Virus record (IMG/VR): IMGVR_UViG_3300022561_000002
Source of the DNA: a virus
Lineage: Duplodnaviria; Heunggongvirae; Uroviricota; Caudoviricetes
DNA length: 64,000 nucleotides
Direction: 5' to 3' (one strand)
Below the pieces are notes generated by a model, which was not told the origin of the DNA, searched no databases, and was given only the letters and a program-made list of their open reading frames with translations. The position numbers and the translations under genes are program-made. This document shows, piece by piece, positions 58,553 to 64,000 of the stretch (its first letter is position 1; each line of letters starts with the position of its first letter).

Positions 58553-59274
58553 GCATTTGCTTGATTAGGTATTCTCCAACAATTTCCAATCATTCCTGAA
58601 ATAAATTTTTTATGTTGTGCAAAACATTTTGCCATAATTTGAATTTCGATTTTTACATCTTCAAGTCCTGTATGTTCTTCTTCAAAATCGTATATTCCAG
58701 TTATGTAACGATGCCCCATTTCAGCCGATGTTCTCATATTTCCTGCATCAGATATCCAACCTTGTGCAACTGCTACTTTTCTATATGTAGGTTGAGTATA
58801 AAGCAACTCACAAGCCAAAGACCATATACATAACATTTCAACTTTTTTGGTTAGGAATTTTGAGGCTACTCTCAATTTATTGCAAGTGTTATTTAGTGCG
58901 TTTGCATCAAATTTTAAGTTATATGCTGAAATTTTTGTAACTCCATACTCTTCCATTAACGTGTTCATTTCATTTCTTGCGTGAGCAAAAGAAACAACTG
59001 TTCTTGTGCCGTTTGCGATATCTTTTATATATCTAGGTACTTTGATTGCATAGTAAGCCGTATTCATCAATTTTTTATTTTCAAAAACTTCTTTGATAAC
59101 AAACGAACGTTCTTGGTATATATTACCTTTTTTGTCAGTAATTGCAAATCCTATATCATAGACCATTGGATTGTCAAAACCCCCTGCCGTTTCCACATCA
59201 ACTACGCATATATAAGATTTTCTTTTGTCAATTTTTACCATTTTGTATCTCCTTAATTTTTGTAGTCTTGGCAA
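58549..59274 (-). CDS. DEDD-family (DnaQ-like) 3'-5' exonuclease
   Basis: Exo I VVDVETAGG; Exo III-like HTGLEDV. Confidence 0.55.
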   Translation of the reverse strand: MPRLQKLRRYKMVKIDKRKSYICVVDVETAGGFDNPMVYDIGFAITDKKGNIYQERSFVIKEVFENKKLMNTAYYAIKVPRYIKDIANGTRTVVSFAHARNEMNTLMEEYGVTKISAYNLKFDANALNNTCNKLRVASKFLTKKVEMLCIWSLACELLYTQPTYRKVAVAQGWISDAGNMRTSAEMGHRYITGIYDFEEEHTGLEDVKIEIQIMAKCFAQHKKFISGMIGNCWRIPNQANA

Positions 59275-59556
59275 TAAACCCCTTGTCTACCCCTTTGCTA
59301 CTCTTACAGTATACCACGATTTCGCCTACCTTGTCAAGCGTTTTTGAAAAGTTTTTTTATTTATTTTTCAAAAATGCTGCCGCCTCAATTTCGGGTATAC
59401 CCTATTATAACACGAACCGCCGCACCTTGTCAACCCTATTTCGAGGAAAAATCATGTTTTTATTTTAGTACAAGAATTGGGATCAAATTCCTCAAATGGT
59501 AAATACTGTAAAAAAATCTCGCCCGTGAGCGGGCGACCGAAAAAAAGAAGAGGATT

Positions 59557-59739
59557 TTATTCCTCTTCATCGCCTTCCTCTAATATTTCAATATCAGACC
59601 ACACTCCCGCATTATCTATTGCCCAATCTGCGGCTTCGTCTCTTATAATATCTTCTGATGTGCCATCTTCAAATTCAAAAATCGCTTCTTCATCTGTACC
59701 GCAATAATTTGTGCCACCTGTAAATTTTACTCTAATCAT
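59557..59739 (-). CDS. Small acidic protein (60 aa)
   Basis: Start trimmed to MIRVKF with a GAAAGGGG RBS. Confidence 0.35.
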   Translation of the reverse strand: MIRVKFTGGTNYCGTDEEAIFEFEDGTSEDIIRDEAADWAIDNAGVWSDIEILEEGDEEE

Positions 59740-59767
59740 TTTTACCCCTTTCAAGGGAAGGGAAAGC

Positions 59768-59992
59768 CTATTCGGCTTCCACTTCATAAGCATTAACTCC
59801 TGCTTTTGGAGTGATTGGCTTGATTTGGATATCAAGACCATCTTTTCTAGCGATAACAGTTCCCGCAGTCATCCCAAAGGCGACGCCATCAAGGACTTCA
59901 TAACCATTTTCAGTAAGAGCATTTCCAACAACTTCCATTGCATTTTTCTTTGCAACCATTTTCACATCAACCACTTTAGTTTTCTTAGCCAT
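59768..59992 (-). CDS. Member 4 of the 4-copy small-protein family
   Basis: MAKKTKVVDVK...DIQIKPITPKAGVNAYEVEAE; start trimmed to the conserved MAKK. Confidence 0.5.
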   Translation of the reverse strand: MAKKTKVVDVKMVAKKNAMEVVGNALTENGYEVLDGVAFGMTAGTVIARKDGLDIQIKPITPKAGVNAYEVEAE

Positions 59993-60038
59993 TTGTAACA
60001 CCTTTTCTTTCTTTTTAACTCTCTTTAACTTATAACTA

Positions 60039-60067
60039 ATTATACCACACAAGGCTTACCTTGTCAA
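60039..60067 (-). promoter_or_regulatory. Consensus promoter for family member 4
   Basis: TTGACA-17-TATAAT on the minus strand with TG extended -10 (TGGTATAAT). Confidence 0.6.
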
Positions 60068-60086
60068 TACCTTTTTTAAAACTTTT

Positions 60087-60314
60087 TTATTTATTTTTTA
60101 TTACTGATACAATATCAGAAGTGTCAATCCTAATATTATCTTCAAGAAATGGAGCGCCAATTTGAACATAATCATAATTAGCATCAACTTCCTCAATATA
60201 ACAAACTAACACAGTGCCATTATCTAAACCAATTTTCACATCTTCGCCTTGAGAAAAAACCTCATTTGTTTGCTCATTAATCAAAACCGTTTTTGTCGTA
60301 AACATTTTTACCAC
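60087..60314 (-). CDS. Small protein, family B (paralog of the ORF at 62111-62413)
   Basis: Shared GEDVKIGLDNGTVLVCYIEEV versus GDDVSITLRNGMVVFGHIEVI core. Confidence 0.4.
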   Translation of the reverse strand: MVKMFTTKTVLINEQTNEVFSQGEDVKIGLDNGTVLVCYIEEVDANYDYVQIGAPFLEDNIRIDTSDIVSVIKNK

Positions 60315-60509
60315 CCTTAACCCTTTCTACTCTTTAATTATACTACATACTCATTTCTTTGTCAATGTATTTTTTACAAACTCTTCTAAATTTTTTAGAA
60401 TTATACTTTTTGTCCCTACGCACGGAATTCAACCGTGCGTGGTTACAATAAAATTTTCTTGCGAACTTATCCTCAAAAGTTTCTTTTATAAACTCATTTC
60501 TCATTAGGT

Positions 60510-60734
60510 CTACTCCTCATTTACCATACTGTAAGCACAACATTTTGCGAAACATTCAAGTACATCATGATACATTTCTCTATCGTTTGCGATATCGTCA
60601 TAATCATCTTCTTTTGCACCATCAGGCACACCGCACGCAAGCCACACATCACAAGTAATTTCTTCATCTCCGATTTCGTTTCTAACGAACTCGTCCATCG
60701 CCTTTAGTAGTTTAATTCTTCCGTTTGCACTCAT
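60510..60734 (-). CDS. Hypothetical Cys-containing acidic protein
   Basis: 74 aa ORF with own promoter. Confidence 0.4.
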   Translation of the reverse strand: MSANGRIKLLKAMDEFVRNEIGDEEITCDVWLACGVPDGAKEDDYDDIANDREMYHDVLECFAKCCAYSMVNEE

Positions 60735-60926
60735 TTGTAGTACCTCTCTTTCTTATACTCTTATTATAACACACTGACACCCAATGTCAACCCTTTTGGG
60801 AAAAATAATCATGTTTTTATTTTAGAACAAGATCAATCCAATTTTGCATGAACTGATCACTTAAAAATTTTGTCGGCCGTTTGCGGCCGATGCAAAAATC
60901 ATGCCAAAAAGCATTGACAATAAATG

Positions 60927-61139
60927 TCAACGCTTACATAGGTCATAACCCATTTTGTATAATGCATCTTGTAAATCTTGATAGCCTACTACTGTCCATT
61001 CACCCATACCAACCACACCGATTTCAAGTTGATAAAGATATTCATTTTCTACTGCATTCTCTTCTTCGAAAATGAATTTTATCTCTACATCATTTTCAAG
61101 GCATTTGTAAATTTTTTCCATTTTATAACCCCTTTCCAA
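60927..61139 (-). CDS. Hypothetical protein
   Basis: 70 aa ORF. Confidence 0.35.
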   Translation of the reverse strand: MERGYKMEKIYKCLENDVEIKFIFEEENAVENEYLYQLEIGVVGMGEWTVVGYQDLQDALYKMGYDLCKR

Positions 61140-61668
61140 TTTCAGCGATATGGTATTTTACATTTTCATAAAAAGATAAAATTCCTTTTAATGTGGCACT
61201 TTCTTTTTGACTATTAGTAAAAATATCAAAAGCAATAGTATTGCCGTATTTTGTAATGATTGGATATTCATTAAAACCTAATTCATAAGAAAGCAAGTTT
61301 TTTCTTAATCCGTTTGTGTCTTGCTTTTGTGGTATTACTGTAACTTTCCACAATTTATCCTTTTTGAATTTATCCAATATCCACATTGAAGAATACACCC
61401 CAACCAAATTGGCAACGATTGTAATAATTACTACACTTGTAATATCATAATTTGCCATTGATTTAATTATCAAAGCATAAAAGCCATAAGATAAAGCATT
61501 AAATAAAGATGCTACTATTCGAGTTGATTTGATTGTCAATATTGACTTCATTGTCGATAGCATAACATTGATAAGATTTACAATAATAAAAATTATAATT
61601 CCTAAAGTAAAATAATCTTGAATGTTTGTTAAAATGTTTGTTAAAATGTTTAGTATTTCCGTTTTCAT
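61123..61668 (-). CDS. Multi-pass membrane protein
   Basis: 181 aa with several TM helices; contains an in-frame 15-nt tandem repeat. Confidence 0.4.
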   Translation of the reverse strand: MKTEILNILTNILTNIQDYFTLGIIIFIIVNLINVMLSTMKSILTIKSTRIVASLFNALSYGFYALIIKSMANYDITSVVIITIVANLVGVYSSMWILDKFKKDKLWKVTVIPQKQDTNGLRKNLLSYELGFNEYPIITKYGNTIAFDIFTNSQKESATLKGILSFYENVKYHIAEIGKGL

Positions 61669-61769
61669 AATTTCTCCTTTTCTATTTGTGAGTAATGCGA
61701 CCTACCCAAAACATACAAGCACCGATTAATATAATAAAGCCAAATTCAAAATAAGTAAATTCCATAATT

Positions 61770-61910
61770 TTATTTCTCTCTTTCTCTTTCTTCTATTGTA
61801 TCACATTGCCTATTAGTTGTCAACTGTTTTTTTAATTGATTTTTAAAAGATATTAAACTCAAAATTTCTTGTTGGTCTTGTTCGCAAAGGTCTTTAAATT
61901 TTATTTTCAT
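61770..61910 (-). CDS. Small protein (46 aa)
   Basis: Start trimmed to MKIKF because the promoter -10 lies inside the longer track ORF. Confidence 0.3.
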   Translation of the reverse strand: MKIKFKDLCEQDQQEILSLISFKNQLKKQLTTNRQCDTIEEREREK

Positions 61911-61943
61911 TTTATTCCCTCTTTCTCTTTGTTGGTATACCTT

Positions 61944-61973
61944 ATTATACCACGAGCCGAGCCAATCCGTCAA
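61944..61973 (-). promoter_or_regulatory. Promoter (TTGACG-18-TGGTATAAT)
   Basis: Lies inside the 67-aa track ORF, forcing the shorter gene call at 61770-61910. Confidence 0.5.
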
Positions 61974-62110
61974 GCCTTTTAGGAAAATAAATCATGTTTT
62001 TATTTCCGAACAATCGCTTCCATATTTATCCTGAACTGGTAATAACTGTAAAACCCCGGCCGTGAGCGGACGGAAGAAAAAGAGAACAAAAGTTCTCTTT
62101 AACCAAAGTC

Positions 62111-62413
62111 TTATGAAGTGAATGCCGTCAACTGCTCTATGCAATGAATGGCATCAATATCAATGTCCAAATCATCAACAAAATCATCATTTTGTAGTGA
62201 TATAATAGTGCCATAAGTATTCTCTCTTATGACCTCGATGTGACCAAAGACAACCATACCATTTCGCAATGTGATACTCACATCATCACCCTCTGCGTAC
62301 TTATCATTTGTAAACTCATCTACAATGGCTACCTCTGACCGCACTTTGTTTGGTAGTCTCTTATTCTGTTCGGCTATCTCCCTTGCTCTTGCCTTTACTC
62401 TTTCATCATTCAT
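62111..62413 (-). CDS. Small protein, family B member
   Basis: Paralogous core with the ORF at 60087-60314. Confidence 0.4.
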   Translation of the reverse strand: MNDERVKARAREIAEQNKRLPNKVRSEVAIVDEFTNDKYAEGDDVSITLRNGMVVFGHIEVIRENTYGTIISLQNDDFVDDLDIDIDAIHCIEQLTAFTS

Positions 62414-62583
62414 CTTCTTCCCTCATATCTTTCTATCATCTCATTGTGTTCCATTTGTGCTGTATGTAATGCATTTGTATAATCATCAATGGCATTGTAT
62501 ACCATCATTAGAAACCTTATCGCATATAGTCCACTCATTAGTATTACTATTATTATAATTGTGTTCATTCTCTCTTTCCTTTC

Positions 62584-63042
62584 CTATTCAAAGGCTACTA
62601 TTGTAGCCCCTGTCCAAGTTCCGTTCTTTCCGTTTATACCATTAAGGGCTTTGATTCCTTTACCCCCTGCGATTTCCCAATCGTTCAGGTTTGCGGTGTA
62701 ATCATCATATAGTATACAATCTTTGTCGATTGTTATTCCCATTGCCTTGATGACTTCGGCTTTGTTCTCGCCTACCATACAAAGGATTATATTCTTTTCA
62801 TTTACAAATGGAATGTTTTCTTCAAGCCATTCTAATTTTTCTTTCTTGCAAAACTCATTGTCTATACAAGCACTTAGGATATAAACTTCTCTTTCATATG
62901 TAGCAAGTTCGTTGATGTATTCAGCGAATGCAAGTGGCTCAAGGTTTAGGAAGAAGTTTTCTTCGAACATTTTCTCTAGGCATTTTTCTTCTTTGAAGAA
63001 GTTAGCGACCGTACCGTCCATGTCTACGAATATTTTTGTCAT
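62584..63042 (-). CDS. HAD-superfamily 5'(3')-deoxyribonucleotidase-like protein
   Basis: N-terminal FVDMDGTVA (DxDGT) motif. Confidence 0.55.
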   Translation of the reverse strand: MTKIFVDMDGTVANFFKEEKCLEKMFEENFFLNLEPLAFAEYINELATYEREVYILSACIDNEFCKKEKLEWLEENIPFVNEKNIILCMVGENKAEVIKAMGITIDKDCILYDDYTANLNDWEIAGGKGIKALNGINGKNGTWTGATIVAFE

Positions 63043-63692
63043 TTTCTTAATCTCTCTTTCTTTGTTTTGTTACCTTATTATACCATACAATTTGACGTTT
63101 CGTCAAGGGTTTTTTAAAAATTCTTTTAAAGTTTCGTTCGACACGATTCGACATCTTTCGACATTTGGATCCTTGTCGCATCGGCTACCCTTATCTTGTA
63201 CCTTAAGTATACCACAGCAGCGCTGCATTGTCAAGCGTTTGGTAAAAATAAATCTTGTTTTTATTTTAGTACAAGATCAGCCAACTAAGAAGTAAGAGTG
63301 ATTTGGGAAAAAAATCTCTCATGAAGGTGTAATTTTTTGTTATGCATAAAATGCTAATTGGTAATAAATGTCAAAAATATCGCTCGCTAACGAGCGAGTG
63401 GGGGTACTTTGTGGGAAAATTATAATGGGCGCCACGCAAATTATAAAACCCTCTGCAACTTGAGCCGTTTATTCATTTTTCGTATTTGCATATATACGAT
63501 ATCCAATCTTCGTAATTACGAACCAAAACAAGCACTAAACATATAAGTCACAAATACCAATATCCCTAAGCTAATCCCACCATATATAACTAAATTGGCA
63601 AATGTTTCAAATGGGTCTTTCATAATTCTCTCCTATCTTTTTGGAAGTGGCTGCCGCATTCTCCATTATCATCTTTTATCTCCTGCTGCCCT

Positions 63693-63938
63693 TCACTCAA
63701 TTTCTCTAATTCCTATTATATTAGCAAATTCAAAACCTTTTTCTAATTCCTTCTGTGTTATCGCCACAGGAACACCCAAGAGGCTTCTATAAATCCCACC
63801 TGGAAGAGGAAATATATCATCCTTTGTTAGCTCCATATATGTTTCTTGAGAGAGGATAAGAAAATCAACCTCTCTACCATACTCGATTAAATAAGCAATC
63901 AAGGCTTCATTTATTTTTCTTAATGTTAATGATATCAC
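63693..63938 (-). CDS. Hypothetical protein
   Basis: 81 aa ORF. Confidence 0.35.
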   Translation of the reverse strand: MISLTLRKINEALIAYLIEYGREVDFLILSQETYMELTKDDIFPLPGGIYRSLLGVPVAITQKELEKGFEFANIIGIREIE

Positions 63939-64000
63939 TTCAATCCTCCATTACTTTCAATAATCTAAAATCCTCAATTGTGGCTATTAAAATCGGAACG

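Noticed and set aside
54380-63300. Possible CRISPR array, suggested by the many near-identical ~45-nt repeats
   Set aside because: The repeats are promoter elements: -35, 17-nt spacer and -10, with variable spacing of hundreds of nt and genes between them. They are not a repeat-spacer array.

Overview
This window is an AT-rich segment (roughly one-third GC by eye) that looks like part of a large virulent phage of a low-GC Gram-positive host. Every convincing gene is on the minus strand, and all + strand ORFs in the track overlap them. Genes are tightly packed, often with ATGA or 4-nt overlaps. Each unit has an AGGAGG-type RBS, a consensus sigma-A promoter (TTGACA, 17 nt, TATAAT, read on the minus strand) and a hairpin plus U-tract terminator.

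The window divides into five regions.

Region 1 (1-34 kb) is a replication and nucleotide-metabolism block. It carries a RecJ-like DHH exonuclease, a primase, a DnaB-like helicase, an AAA_24/Sak4-like ATPase and a DNA ligase. It also carries topoisomerase II A and B subunits separated by RNase H and an HslV-like protein, and a PurA-family adenylosuccinate synthetase. It further carries an ATP-cone ribonucleotide reductase, a glutaredoxin, a ThyX-like gene, an SPFH protein, a SleB-like cell-wall hydrolase, and vWA, J-domain and metallophosphoesterase proteins.

Region 2 (32.6-40.3 kb) is the most interesting. A Ro60/Rsr-like TROVE+vWA protein sits next to a tRNA array of 11 canonical tRNAs plus aberrant tRNA-like RNAs and structured noncoding elements. 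The same stretch holds an embedded IPQTG sortase-anchored surface protein and an RtcB RNA ligase followed by a metallophosphoesterase. This looks like a phage-borne Rsr / Y-RNA-like / RtcB RNA-repair module.

Region 3 (40-50 kb) holds many small hypothetical, Zn-ribbon and TM proteins. It also holds an HTH protein next to a TGTGTAATTTTCCC iteron array.

Region 4 (50.5-53.8 kb) is a second tRNA array of about 16 genes. It includes noncanonical 69-103 nt tRNA-like elements and two Leu-anticodon tRNAs with short variable arms.

Region 5 (54-64 kb) is an early-type region of small genes, each behind its own strong consensus promoter. It includes a four-member paralogous family of about 75 aa, tandem promoter arrays, palindromic operator clusters, SprT-like and ImmA-like HExxH proteins, a DEDD exonuclease and an HAD deoxyribonucleotidase.

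No CRISPR array, rRNA or transposase was found.
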